Source: Vicugna vicugna
Lineage: Eukaryota
Direction of reading: 5' to 3'
Assembly (NCBI GenBank): GCA_013265495.1
Contig: MU058065.1
Span: forward strand, 6,572,302 to 6,636,301
DNA length: 64,000 nucleotides
Within the stretch, counting starts at the first letter, position 1. Each line of letters begins with the position of its first letter. The position numbers were made by a program, and so were the translations under genes. This document shows positions 11,738 to 24,631 of the stretch, in pieces. The notes under the pieces are model-generated. The model searched no databases. It worked only from the letters and a program-made list of their open reading frames with translations, and was not told the DNA's origin.

Positions 11738-14285
11738 GCTAAATAACTGTTTTTATACTGGCTTTTAGATACCTTTTTACTTGAGTGAGTCATGTCTGCC
11801 AATTCGGCTTATCCATAATAGTTTATATGCTTCAGCTTCATGTTTCAGCAGAAAACAACAGAAAATTTGTAGTGAAAACATATAACTTTCTTCTCTGCTT
11901 ACCTATTTTCGCTGAGCCTCTTCTTTTCTGTTCTGTCTTCTTAAATGTTTACCTTTCAGTTTAATTCTTAATTTCCTTTGTTTTTCATTCTAATTGTTCT
12001 GTCTGATTATCTTGCTGCTTCCTTACCAGTCAGCATTCTTATGTTAGTCTATCCTATTTTATAACCATTTTTCATCCAGCTCTTATTTCTGTCTAACTTA
12101 ATCTTACTTGGTTCATTTTCTTGGTGCCTCCTGTTGTGTATTTTGTAGTCTACTTTTGTTCTGTGTCATTCATCTCCTTTCGAGTCCTTTGACATCCTTA
12201 TGAGTTACCCACCCTTGGTGCTCCTGGCTCCCTGTCTACCTCCAGTGCTTCTTTAATTTCTGTATAGTGTCTGTCCCCATCTCTAGAAATGCAGCTTTCC
12301 ATTTTTCAGACTTCTTACAGGAATTAGAATGTATTATTTTAAGTGGACCAAGAACTCAGGACTAAGGACTCCTTTAAAAATAAACAAACAAAAATACTGA
12401 GTAGGAAATTGCCAGGGCTAGAGGATGATGGAGGCTACCTAATTCAGTGTTCCTCACAGGTCCCTCCAAAAACATAAAATGAATGAGAAGTGAAAAGAAA
12501 AGCACGTATAAGTTGCATTCTAGGATACAAAGAATACCATCCCCTTTAAACTACTTTCTAAGTAGAGGAGCAAACCAGATTCTAGCAGCATGCCTGTTTC
12601 TGACTTCTTTAAGCCTGTGGGTGCTGAGAGTCAGGAACAGGAGGCTTAAGAGATTCCATGAAAAAAAAATATAGGAATATAAGACTTAGATGAAGTACAG
12701 AAAAAAAAATCACTCAGAAAGAGAAATTCAAATACTTAGTAAATACTAAGTATCAGAATACTAAATGTAAGGCTGGATCTTGGTAGTTTGCAGCACTGAT
12801 CACAGGCAAGGGGCTTGAAAGTAAGTGGTATCTGAAGTAACAGTCTCAAAGAATCATTACTTGTAGGGGAAAGAATCAGCCAAGTCTAGAGACTTGGCTT
12901 AGAAGCAAAAGAAAGAAATGAGAGGAAAATTAAGGATTGTGCTGAAATAAAAGGCAACAAGACATGCCAACCCCTCTTCTCTCCTACCATCACCACCCAT
13001 TAAAGAAACTGCACTTTATTAAGCTAAAAGAAGATGGTGTGCTTAAGAACCCTACCCACAAATTGAATAGGAATGTTAAAAAGCAGGACACTTCCATAAA
13101 AACTAGAAGAAAAGAAAACATGAATCAAAATATTTAGGCTAATAAAAATTCTGCCACCGAAACCAACATGAACTATAAGAAAACTGTTAATATAACACTT
13201 AAAACTGAACTGAATATTTGAAGATATGAAAAGCATTTAAAGACTTGTAAAAAGCACCATGAATCAGGCATTCAAACTAAAAATCAAAATGGATAAGTGA
13301 AGAAATGACAGTTGCTTGAACTCAAAAATGCTAGAGAGGAAGAAAGACAACATCACATCAAAAATTAAGTCTAAATTAAAGTTCCCCAAGGGGAAATAAA
13401 TTCAAATGAAAATTTAATAAGGGGCTTTGAAAAAACAACCAAGGTAGGAAAATGAGATAAAGAAAGAAGTGTGAATGGTCAGAGAGAGTGGTTGAATTGG
13501 AAAACAGGCAAGGAAGGTCCCATATTCCATGTAACTCGAATCTCTGAAGAAGAAAATTCAAACAATGAAACAGAACTAGTATTTAAAACCATAACCCAAG
13601 AAAACTTTCTGGAAATGAAGTCATTGAATTTTTACATTCAAAGAGCTCTCTAGAGACCTGGAAAATTGAATGAGCAAGACATATCTTAGTATAACTGTAA
13701 GACTTTATAAAGATAAGGAAAATTCTCAATGCCTTCAGTCAAAAGATGAAATAGTTTACAATGGGGAGAGGAATAGATTGACACCAGACTTCTCCAAGTT
13801 GTCATTCAAAGCAAGGCACCAAAGAACATTGTTTTCAAGAGCTTGATGAAAGAATGAACAAAGATTTTTTGCCAATCCAAGCTGACAAGTATGTGGGCTA
13901 GAAAAAAATAAGTTTTGAAGTGGAAGAGCTCAGAATACTGTACACATACGCTCCTTCTGAAGACTCTACAGAGTATGAGCTGTATCAAGCCAAGAGGTAG
14001 TGGAGACATTGACAAAAGATAGATAGTGACTATTTCATATATTCAGCTGTAGAGCTAAGACTTAAACACTGGTGGGAACACATATATAAGGATGGTATAT
14101 AGACATTATGTGTTCTGACAAGGAAGTATGATTGCAACTAAAAGAAAATAGAAGGAGAGAGAAAGAAAGTAGAATAATTTAATTGACTGGGTCATAAGTA
14201 ATAGGTGTGAGTCAAAGAATACCTTTTAAAATGGATGGACTAGATAGTAAAAAAAAAAAAAAAACACCAAGAAACAAGGATTGTA

Positions 14286-14386
14286 GGGTGGGTAGAGCTC
14301 AGTGGTAGAGTGCATGCTTAGCATGCATGGAGTACTGGGTTCAATTCCCAGTACCTCCATTAAAAAATAATAAAACATTTAAAAAA
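14286..14386 (+). mobile_element. Camelid-type tRNA-derived SINE
   Basis: AGCTCAGTGGTAGAGTGCATGCTTAGCATGC...GGGTTCAATTCCCAGTACCTCC plus A-rich tail. Confidence 0.88.
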
Positions 14387-14604
14387 GAAGGAAATGAGGG
14401 TTAAGGGCACTATTAAAAAAGTATAAATATAGATATAACCACTAAAACAAAAAGCCTTTCTTAAAACCAAAAGAAATATTTCTAAAATATACTAAGTAGA
14501 TAAGTAAAATTATAACACAGCACGACAGAGTTTGTCCAGGTATGTCAGCCACATCAAGAAACATGAATGGGCTAATACATCTAATAAGAGAAAAATAATT
14601 TTCA

Positions 14605-14652
14605 GGGGTGAGGGTATAGCTCACTGGTAGAGTGCATGCTTAGCATGTGCAA
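14605..14652 (+). mobile_element. SINE 5' half only (3' part missing)
   Basis: GGGGTGAGGGTATAGCTCACTGGTAGAGTGCATGCTTAGCATGTGC, then an abrupt switch to L1 ORF2-like sequence. Confidence 0.85.
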
Positions 14653-14884
14653 AAGTAAGTCTCAATAAATTTTTGAAAATTGAAATCATGTAAAGTATCT
14701 TTTGCAACCACAATTGAATGAAGCTAGAAATCAGTAACAGATGGAAAACTGGAAATATGTGGAAGTTAAACAATACACTCAATCAAATTCTAGGAGATGA
14801 ACAACATACCGAAGCTAATGGGATGCAGAAAAGGAGTACTAAAAGGGAAATTTCTAGTAGTAAATGCCTACATTTTTTTAAAAA

Positions 14885-15557
14885 TGTGTTGGTGATCATG
14901 TGGAGAAATTAGAACTCTTGTACATTGCTGGTGGGAATGTAAAATGTGCAGCTGCTATGGAAAACAGTATGTCAGTTCTTTGGAGAATTAGGAGTGGGAT
15001 TACCATATGATCCAGCAAGTCTTGGGTACATATCCGAAAGAATCGAGAGCAGTGACTTAAACAGACATTTGTACATCGATATTTACAGCAGCATTATACA
15101 CAATAGTCAAAAGGTGGAAGCAGCCTAAGTGTCCACCAATGAATGAGTGGATAAACAAAATGTATTATATACATACAATGGAATACTGTTCAGCCTTAAA
15201 TAGTAAAGAAATTCAGACATATGCTACAATGTGAATGAACCTCGAAGACATTATGCTAGGTGAAATAAACCAGTCACTAAACGACAAATAGTATGATGCT
15301 GCTTGTATGAGTTACCAGGGATAGTCAAATTCATAGAGTCAGAAAGTAAAATGGTGGTAGCCAGGGCAAAGGGAATGGGGAATTATTGTTTAATGTGTAC
15401 AAAGTTTCAGTTTGGGAAGTTGAAAAAAATTCTGGAAATGGATGATGGTGATAGTTGCACAACAGTATGAATGTACTTAATGTCTTTCCAGCTGTGCACT
15501 TAATGGTTATTTGGTAAATTTTATATTAAGTATATTCTGCTATGATTTTTAAAAAAA
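14885..15557 (+). mobile_element. L1MB-type 3' end nested in L1 ORF2
   Basis: TACATTGCTGGTGGGAATGTAAAATG...GTTTCAGTTTGGGAAG...GATAGTTGCACAACAGTATGAATGTACTTAATG, classic L1MB 3' end. Confidence 0.8.
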
Positions 15558-16289
15558 TGATCTCAAATCAGTACCCTAATTTTACACCTTAAGGATCTAG
15601 AAAAAGAAGAGGAAACTAAACCCAAATCTAGCAGGAGAAAGAGAATAATAAAGATTAGAGCAGAGACAAAGAAAATAGAGAATAGAAAAATGATAGAGAA
15701 AATAAACAGAACCAAAGGTTGTTTCTTTGAAAAAGTCCACAAAATTAACAAACCGTTTTGCTAAACTGGCAAGGAAGAAAAGAAAGAAGACTCAAATCAC
15801 TAAAACAAAAAATGAAAGTGAGTACATTACTACCAACCTGACCAAGATAAAAAGGATTATAAGAGAATACACCAACAAATTAAATAACTAGATGAAATGG
15901 ACAAATTCTTAGAAGCAATGGAGAATCATGCAGCTATGAAAAAGAAAATTTGTAATAAAAGTATGAAGAAGGTATATGAAATTAAAACAAAAGTGAGAGA
16001 CTGCTTCATACCTACTAGTATGGCTATAATTTAAAAAAAAAAGAAAACCCTGAAAATAACAAAAGATATATTGGTAAGTAAAAAAACCAAATTGCTAAAG
16101 GAGTATATGTAGTATGCTACCTTTTGTGTAAGAAAGAAGGGTAAATAAGAAAAGATACATATATTTGTTTTTATATATACATTAAAATACTTAAAATATT
16201 ATATAAAGTATAATTATATTTTATATTTTATAAAATATAGAAATGTATTTTAAGTTATGAAATACGTTTTATATTATATAAAATATGTG

Positions 16290-17790
16290 GATATTTCTTT
16301 TTCATATTTCATGTTACTTTGTCTTTAGATTCACTATTTCCTCCTTCAGTGTTTAATCTATTAATCTCATTCTATAAAATTTTCATTACAAATTTTGTGT
16401 TTTTCATCTCATTTTGGGGTTTTTTGATTTTTCCATTTCTTTCCTTAGTATTTTTATGTTTTCCTTTACATCCTTGATCACATGAAGCACATTTATAATA
16501 GCTGTTTTAATATCCTTGCCTGCAATTGGGTTTGTTTTGAGACTTCTGTTTTTAAGCTCTTTGGGGTCAAATCTTAAGTTGCCTTTATTCTAATGCTAAT
16601 TTGATTCCTTTCCTGAAGCAAGGCCCCTCTGTGGTCTATGCTAACGCCCCATGAATTTATCTAGGTCTCTATGACTGATGGGAACTCACAATTTTAGGTC
16701 CTGCATAAGCACTGGGAGCTGTTCAGCTAATAGCCCCCCAGTGATCATTCTTTTCCTTTAAGTTCTTGCCTGGTGTCATGGGGTTTCACCCTAAACTTGC
16801 ACAGGTTGCTGTTCAGCCAAATACTCATGCAGACTCCTGTACAGATTTCTGTAACTCTTCCTTTGCACAGCTCCCTTCTTTTTGGTACTCTGTCCCAGAA
16901 ACTTTAGCAACTTCAGCCTCTCAAACTCCAGTTTCTTTCAGCTTGACTTAGCAAGATTTCGGGGCCTATATGGGTACCACTCCCTGGTCTCCACTTCACA
17001 AATTGCCTCCAGGATGAAATCCTTCTCTCAAAGATCACAGTCCTGCACTGCCTATTGTCCAATTGTCCAGTTTTTTGTCGTAGGGTATTCTAGACCGTGA
17101 TACTTTGTCATAGTCTGAAGTGGAAGTTCTTAAGGGTGTTCAGATTTGACATCACCAATAAGCAGCACAGGGATATCATGTGCTTCTGAATGTGATGCCC
17201 TTGGAAGGACACAGTATCACTACGTGGTCTTCAGCCTGAGCTGAATCTTATCATGAGGAAATTGCAAACCCAATATGAGGAACATTCCATTAAAAATAGG
17301 GGGTGAGGGGCAGTGGGGGTGTGCTTCATTCTTCACAAATGTCAGTGCCATGAAAGAAAAATCTGAAGAATGATTCCAGATTAAAGAAAACTAATGAGAC
17401 ATGAAAACTAAAAGCATTATGTTATCCTGGACTGAATCTTGTGCTTAAGGAGAAAAAATGTTATAAAGAAACATTGGGTTAATCGATAAAATTGTATTAA
17501 AGAAAGTATACTAGGTAGGAGTATTAGCATTAACTTTTATAGTGTTCATAATCGTACTCTGATTATACAAGAGAATGTTCCTTTGAAATACACTCTAAGT
17601 ATTTAGAGCTAAATGGGTATGGTGCAACTTACTCTCACATGGTTCAGGAAGAGAAAGAATGAGAGAGGTGTGAAATGATAAATCACATAGTACAAAAGGG
17701 TTAACAATTGGTGAATCTAGGGAAAGAATATTATTCTTGTGCAGCTTTTCTGAAAGTTTAAGAATATTTCCAAGTAAAAGTTTTTTAAAA
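16290..17790. mobile_element. Old L1 fragments (antisense 5' piece 16290-17135, sense 3' piece 17140-17790)
   Basis: T-rich antisense ORF1-like sequence followed by an L1MC/ME-like 3' end. Boundaries approximate. Confidence 0.55.
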
Positions 17791-17935
17791 ATATGTTCTT
17801 TAGGAAAATGTTTGGCAGTACCCATTAAAGCTAAACATACATATATTCTAGATATGTCCCTAGTCCTTCTTAGCATTCGTTTGAAAATGTGTGATTTTCC
17901 TTGAGATGAAATGAAGTTGTAATAATGTTGCAATG

Positions 17936-18126
17936 CAGTGGTTCTCTAAGTGTGGTCTCCAGACCAGCTGCATCAGCATCAGTTGGGATCCTGTTAGATG
18001 TACAAATTTTTGCACCGTCTCTGTCCAGACGTACTGAATCAGAAACTCCGGAGTTGGGGCCCAGCAATATGTATTTTAACAGGCCCTCCAAGTGATTCTG
18101 ATGCATGCTATAGTGGAGAACCTCTG
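17936..18126. mobile_element. MER5A-like hAT-Charlie non-autonomous DNA transposon
   Basis: TIR-like CAGTGGTTCTC ... GAGAACCTCTG; internal ACTGAATCAGAAACTC...GGGGCCCAGCAAT...TTTTAACAGGCCCTCCAAGTGATTCTGATGCA. Confidence 0.85.
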
Positions 18127-18193
18127 CTTAAATGAATGTACTTCAGGAACTACTGTTGTCTTCAAAAGTACTATTTCTTTTGTTTTCTTTCAG

Positions 18194-18325
18194 CTTCTCC
18201 AACTTGGGAAATACCTGTTATATGAATGCTATTTTACAGTCTCTATTTTCACTCCAATCATTTGCAAATGACTTGCTCAAGCAAGGTATCCCATGGAAGA
18301 AAATTCCACTCAATGCACTTATCAG
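18194..18325 (+). CDS. USP37: USP37 coding exon with catalytic Cys box (FSNLGNTCYMNAILQSLF; Cys codon 18216..18218)
   Basis: Canonical USP Cys box; AG/GT boundaries, 132 nt. Confidence 0.97.
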
Positions 18326-18486
18326 GTAATTGTTATATACTTACTGAGTAACTTTTTACCATATTGATTATAGACTAATGGAGTTTTAGACTCTTAAACA
18401 TTTTATGTACCTTTGTTAGCAGTCTTTAAAGTATCATCCATTCAGTGTTTTGTAAAACCTGCTAAACTTGTCTCTTGTTTTACCAG

Positions 18487-18610
18487 ACGCTTTGCACACT
18501 TGCTTGTTAAAAAGGATATCTGTAATTCGGAGACTAAAAAAGATTTACTCAAGAAGGTTAAAAATGCCATTTCAGCTACAGCAGAGAGGTTCTCTGGTTA
18601 TATGCAGAAC
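18487..18610 (+). CDS. USP37: USP37 coding exon (RFAHLLVKKDICNSETKKDLLKKVKNAISATAERFSGYMQN)
   Basis: AG/GTGAGT boundaries, 124 nt, in frame. Confidence 0.96.
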
Positions 18611-19075
18611 GTGAGTACTAGTTGTTTTTAAACACCTTAGAGATAGGGGAAATTGAAATTACTTTCATGTGTTACCTGATTTTATTTTAAAATGAGATTT
18701 GTGTGTGTGTGTTCATCACAGATTGAAAAACCTGAGGACTTCAGGTAAGGCTCAATATAACTCTTTTGTGTATTTCATCATATTTTAATAATATAGATGT
18801 GGTTTGCCAGTGTAGGGCCTTGTGCAATTTTAGCTACAAAGGCCCTACAAAAAAAGAAGATCACCTTTAAAAAAAAGAAGTAAGGAAGTGATTCATTTAT
18901 TATTCATGCTAATCTAATTATAGTTAAGATTATTTACAAAATATGTACCCTAAAGTCATTATAGTATATTTGACATTTCCCCACATATGCTTTCATTGCA
19001 TAAATCACAATGTTAATAAGCTATTATTGTGATAAGAAATGTTTTGATCTGATTATGGATATTATGCCTTCTTAG

Positions 19076-19266
19076 GATGCTCATGAATTTTTAAGTCAGT
19101 GCTTAGACCAGCTGAAAGAGGATATGGAAAAATTGAATAAAACTTGGAAGACTGAACCTGTTCCTGGAGAAGAAAATTTGCCAGATATTTCAGCTACTAG
19201 AGTATACACTTGCCCTGTTATTACTAATTTGGAGTTTGAAGTTCAGCACTCCATCATCTGTAAAGC
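19076..19266 (+). CDS. USP37: USP37 coding exon (DAHEFLSQCLDQLKEDMEK...QHSIICKA)
   Basis: Completes the USP QxDAHEF motif; AG/GTAAGT boundaries, 191 nt. Confidence 0.96.
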
Positions 19267-19625
19267 GTAAGTAGTCTCTAAGAAAACTCTTTTCCCCTTT
19301 AAGTCTTTATGGCAAGTGACTGAAACTCTTCTAGGTTTTAATTCTTACCTCATCTTTATTCCTGTGTCACGAGGAAATACGAGTACAAATATCTTTTTTC
19401 AATGTTTTTATCTTCTATAAAAATATTTGGTAGGGGAGGACTAAGAATTTAAATATTTTGTCATATGCTCTATTGTTGACTAAACAGTTAATATGATCTA
19501 CCTTGTGTGTGTGTGTGTCTGTGTGTTTGTTTTTTCTTTTAATCACTGTGTGGAATATTGAACTTTTTGGGAATACTTGTTTTTCTTTTTCCCTAAAAAG
19601 ATGCCTTCCTATTAATCAGTTTCTT

Positions 19626-20245
19626 TTTTTTTTAAACATTTTTTATTGCATTATAGTCATTTTACAATGTTGTGTCAAATTCCAGTGTAGAGCACAATTT
19701 TTCAGTTGTACATGAACATACATGTTTTCATTGTCACATGTTTTTTTCACTGTGAGCTACCACAAGATCTTGTGTACATTTCCCTTTGCTCTACAGTATA
19801 ATCTTGTTTATCTATATTACATTTTGAAATCCCAGTCTGTCCCTTTCCAACCCCTGCCCCCTTGTCAGCCACGTTTGTATTCTATGTCTATGAGTCTGTT
19901 TCTGTTTTGTATTTATTTATTTATTTTTTTTAGCTTCCACATATGAGTGGTCTCATATAGTATTTTTCTTTCTCTTTCTGGCTTAACTTCACTTAGAATG
20001 ACATTCTCCAGGAAGATCCATGTTGCTGCAGATGGTGTTATGTTGTCGGTTTTTATGGCTGAATAGTGTTCCATTGTATAAATATACCACATCTTCTTTA
20101 TCCAGTCATCTGTTGATGGACATTCAGGCTGTTTCCATGTCTTGGCTATTGTAAATAGTGCTGCTATGAACGTTGGGGTGCAGGTGTCTTTTTGAAGTAG
20201 GGTTCCATCTGGATATATGCCCAGGAACAGGATTACTGTGTCATA
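19626..20245 (-). mobile_element. 5'-truncated, relatively young L1 (3' end), antisense
   Basis: Poly-T start, L1 3'UTR/ORF2-end text (GGCTATTGTAAATAGTGCTGCTATGAAC); TSD TA(A/C)TCAGTTTCTT at 19613..19625 and 20246..20258. Confidence 0.88.
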
Positions 20246-21934
20246 TACTCAGTTTCTTATTTTGTTGAACCAAATTGTTTTTGTTAAAAATGGGTTTTTT
20301 CCAAAAAATATTAAAATTTGAATTATTTTTAACTTTTGTAATGCTTTTTAACCATTTTCATATTAATTATTGAGACTTACCTCCTATATTTAATTAATTT
20401 CCATGCTCATTATCAGGGCTTCTATCCCAGGCACTTCACATTAAAAGATTCCATTTTGATTAATCTTCCAGTTATAGATAGTACATCTCTGAAAACATTT
20501 TTTCAGATGAGAGTGGAATTCTTCAGAGTACCCATATAAATGAGAATTATTTCTGTGGTTTTCATACATGACTTAATACAGAATTACTGAGTCACACACA
20601 GTCTTTCTTTCCCCCTCAACATATTATATATACTGTCCGATCATATCCTGTTACTCTGACACTTGGGAGAAACCTGATTTTGTTGATAATTTTTTCTTCC
20701 TGAAAATCTGTCATACTCTTTATTTTTGAAATTCACAATTTCACTAATTTGCATCTAGGTATTGACACTTTTTTGGTTAATTTTGCCTTTAACATGATGG
20801 GTGGGGCTTTTTCATTTGAAGATTTGCGATTTTCTTTAGCTCAAGAAAACTGTCCTCTAAACACTGCTTCTCTTCCATTTATTCTGGAGTTTTCTTTAGA
20901 AAAACTCAACACCCATTTATTGGCTCTTCATTCTCTATCTTCCATATTTATTTTTCTTAGGCTGCTCAAAATGATAGTGCTCACTGAGGTCTCTTTCAGC
21001 TATAACATTCTAGTATTTTTGACTAGAATTTTGAACATTCACATGAACGCTATAAAGGTAGTACTTTTGGATTATTATTCTGTGACAATTTTCATCTTCA
21101 TGATTTCTTCAGTCTTTTTTATTTTCCCCTATTGGATAAATTATTTTTTAAAGAAAAGGTCTGGGTCTTCCAGATACATTTCATCTCCTTGTAGAGAGCC
21201 TATCAGCAGTTAATAATATGATAGACAGCCATCTTTCCCTTTCTTCTAATACACTTTCCAAACAAAATTTGTTAAGTCAGAGAAGCAAAGTTTGACTGTT
21301 ATTGTATCATTTAATTGTAGGGGGTGCCAAACAAATTTTTTTAATAGGTAACTTTCTGTTGCCTCTGATAGGAAGAGCTATAGGCAGCACAGAAAGAAAG
21401 AAGGCCACATCAAAGTAGTCACTGCCACGCTGGGCCAACAGCATCAATCAGACACGTCAGTTATGTAACACCGAGGTGTTGGATGTGCAGTTGAGGTGTA
21501 TGTACCAGTGCAGAAAGTGACATGGCTCACAGTATGTAGGCATGAGGCTGAACACTAGGTGGCTAGCCTGAATAGTGGCCCAAGGGTTAGCAAATCCTGG
21601 AAGCAACAGAGTTCTGTGGGGCCCCAGCAGTGGTCCAACTACTTCCTCGAAAAGCCTCACCTTATTTGCTTTATTAGTCATTTTCTTTAAGACAAGTCTT
21701 TAAACATGAAATAGTTTCTGGCTGAAGGAAGATTCCATACATCTTATTCCCAAATTGTAATTTTCCATGTTTAGCCTCTGTCCCATCTGACTATAGGTTT
21801 AGTTTGACCAGTTTGTCAAATGTACTTAATTTTTTTCAAACTATTATAGTCTAGATTGACTGGTTTTCGATTATTGTAAGGCAATTCAATATATTAATAA
21901 TGTATTCTTAAATAGGAAATATTTGTATGAATTC

Positions 21935-23515
21935 TCCATTTAAAGAACTTAAAATATCTAAAACTGAGTACTTAATACTCTTCCATAAAATCTCCTTCTG
22001 TAGTCTTCCTTTTCTCAATAATGATAGTTGCATACATAGCGTTTATCGGTCTAAAAACTGCTTATTGGTGTATTACTTAACTCTTCTCTTTCTTTTGCAT
22101 CCCTACGTCTCATATGTCAGTAAATCCTTTGAGCTTTTCTTTCACAATACAACCAGAATCTGACCTATTTACCACCTCCACTGCCATCACTCTGGTCCAA
22201 ACCACTATTATCTCTTGCCTGGATTGTTGCAACACCTTCTAAACTGATCACTGTGTTTCTGCCCTTGTCTCTCTCTAGTCTCTTTTAAATACATTAGCCA
22301 AAGAGATCCATTTAAAATAAACGTTAGTTTTTGTCAGCCCCCTGTTCATAACCCTTAAAATGAAAGCTGAAATCCTTGCTGTGATCTACAAAACCCCATT
22401 TGATCTGCCTTTCAGCAGCCCCTCTCTCCCAGTTAACTCATTGACTTCATCTCCTGCCACTCTTTCCCCTTGCTCATTCTGTTTGTTGTTTTTCAGAAAT
22501 GCCAGGATCTTGGTACCTCAGGATCTCAGGGCCTTTTCACTTACTGTTTCTTCTGTCTCAAATTCTCTTTCCCCATATTCTCACATAGCTAGTGCCCTCC
22601 CTTCTCTGTATTTTATGTAAAGGATACTTTCTCAGTGAGGCATTTTCTCACTACCCTCTCTAAAATTCTGGCCATCTACTTTTGCTTTCCTCTTTTCTAC
22701 TTTGTTTTTCTTCTTTAGCACTTATCTAACACACTATATATATATTTTTTTTTTAATTGTCTCTTTTCTCTAGTATAATGAAAGCTTCATGAAGGGAGAT
22801 ATTTTTGTCTTGGTTTGTTCTCTGCCATAACCCTGGTACGTAGAACAGTTTCGGCATATAGGAGGCATATTCAGTGATGCATAATAGATTGCCCCAAACT
22901 TACCAGCTTAAAACAACATCCACTTAACTCAGTTCTGTAGGTCAGAAGTGTAGATAGAGTATGACTAAGTTCTTTGCTCAGGGTATCAAAAAGCTGAAGT
23001 CAAGATATTGGCTGGTGTATGGGGTCCCCTTCTCAGCTCATAAAGGTTGTGAGCAGAATTTAGTTCTTTTCAGTTATAGAACTGAAGTCCCCATTTTTTG
23101 TTAGCTATTGGCTGGGGCAACTCATTTCCTAAAGGCTGCTTGTAGTTTTTTTGCTATATGGCCTCCATAAGTAGTTCACAGCAGTGCTGTTTGCTTTCTC
23201 CCAGGCCAGCAGGATATCACTCTGACTTCTAATCCCTGACTTTCTCTGTTTGAGACCTCTAGACTCATATTTAGAGAGTTCGTATGATTAGGCTTAACCC
23301 ACCCAGGCAGTCTCCTTTTGATTAAACAGTCAATATTAATAACATTCATTATATCTGCAGAATCCCTTTTGCCATGTGGTAACATCATCATGGGAGTGAT
23401 AGTTCATCACAGTTCTCCAGCACTCACAGAGGATGGAGTTAGACAAGGAAGGGCAAGGGTCATCTTAGAATTCTGCCTGTGAAAGAGGCATTCAATAAAT
23501 GTTTATTGAATGAAG
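21935..23515 (+). mobile_element. L2 LINE 3' region interrupted by an MLT1 LTR
   Basis: CACTGCCATCACTCTGGTCCAAACCACTATTATCTCTTGCCTGGA and terminal TCAATAAATGTTTATTGAATGAA. Confidence 0.8.
22869..23484. mobile_element. MLT1-type solo LTR inserted in L2
   Basis: CTTAAAACAACA...CAGTTCTGTAGGTCAGAAGT...CATCTTAGAATTCTGCCT; flanked by GAGGCAT duplicates at 22862..22868 and 23485..23491. Confidence 0.78.
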
Positions 23516-23774
23516 AACAAATATATTCTTATAGTCCCCAGTCTTCAGCTGTGGCAACAGAGAACTGGGATAGGAAAATGAATACTACTAAAAATGCTGA
23601 TATGCACACAAAATGAAAAACAGTCAACTAAAGCTATGTAAAAGAAACCAGTTTGCCTCCAGGTTAATTGCATATTGTGTTTTGATCTCTGAGCCCAATT
23701 TTTGAAATTCAATAAAATGTATCCAATGACCAAACAATTTGGCTGCCTATCAGAAGTGCCTATACAGTGTTCAA

Positions 23775-24235
23775 GAATGCACAGAATTTTCAACTTAACA
23801 CATTATTCAAAACCTGGAAACAGTCCAGATGTCCATCAGTAGCAATATGAATTAATTGTAACTTGCTCATTCAGCCTAATGCTAGACAACAGTGAAAATG
23901 GGCTACAGCCATTTGCAACAAGTGTGGTTCAATCTCACACTGATGTTGAACAAAAGAAGCTAGTTAAAAGAAAACATTCTACATAGTTCCCTTTATGTAA
24001 TGTTCAGAAACAGGTAAAGTTCAACTGTTGTATTGGAAGTCAGGATAATAGTTAACCTTTTGGGAGAAAGAAAGGGATAGTGATTGGGAAGAGGCATGTC
24101 AGGGAGCTTCTGGGGAGTTCATAATGTTCTGTTTCTTGATTTGAGTGATGATTTCATGTGTGTTAACTGATAATTCATGAAGCTATACAACTTCAACTAA
24201 TTCACTTTTCTATATGTATGTTACACTTTAGTGTT
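23775..24235 (+). mobile_element. Old L1ME/MC 3' end
   Basis: AAACCTGGAAACAGTCCAGATGTCCATCAGTAG...AATGTTCTGTTTCTTGATTTGAGTG. Confidence 0.7.
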
Positions 24236-24513
24236 TTAAAGTGGGGGGTTTGGAAAATATAAAAATTTTCAAGTTAGCATTTTAAGAAGGTACTTAAACA
24301 CTTCCAATTAAAGTTTTACCTGTATTGGTTTATTAAGGGTTAAAGTAAGCATTAGAAAAGTCTTAAATGTTGTATGTTTCTCATGCCTAGTCATGGTCTT
24401 CCAGTACCTGGTAAGTTCTCTGGGGAAAGTGTTTCTGAAGTTTATTTGTATTTATTTTGTACTGCACAGTTAGGCTTCTAAACTCTTACATTTGTCATCT
24501 TTTATTCTTACAG

Positions 24514-24631
24514 ATGTGGAGAGACTATTCCCAAAAGAGAACAGTTTAATGACCTCTCCATTGACCTGCCTCGAAGGAAAAAGCCACTCCCTCCTCGTTC
24601 AATTCAGGATTCCCTTGATCTTTTCTTTAGG
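24514..24631 (+). CDS. USP37: USP37 coding exon (CGETIPKREQFNDLSIDLPRRKKPLPPRSIQDSLDLFFR)
   Basis: AG/GT boundaries, 118 nt; completes the first CxxC (ICKAC). Confidence 0.96.

Larger units (their letters stand above)
12400..16130 (+). mobile_element. Composite old L1 (5'UTR/ORF1 and ORF2 fragments) interrupted by SINEs and a nested L1 3' end
   Basis: ORF1-like A-rich region 13200-14000; ORF2-like sequence at 14560-14600, 14655-14875 and 15560-15915. Confidence 0.7.

Noticed and set aside
20749..21213. 154-aa hydrophobic ORF resembling a membrane protein
   Set aside because: The F/L/I bias is explained by T-rich antisense L1-like sequence; TTG start; intronic.
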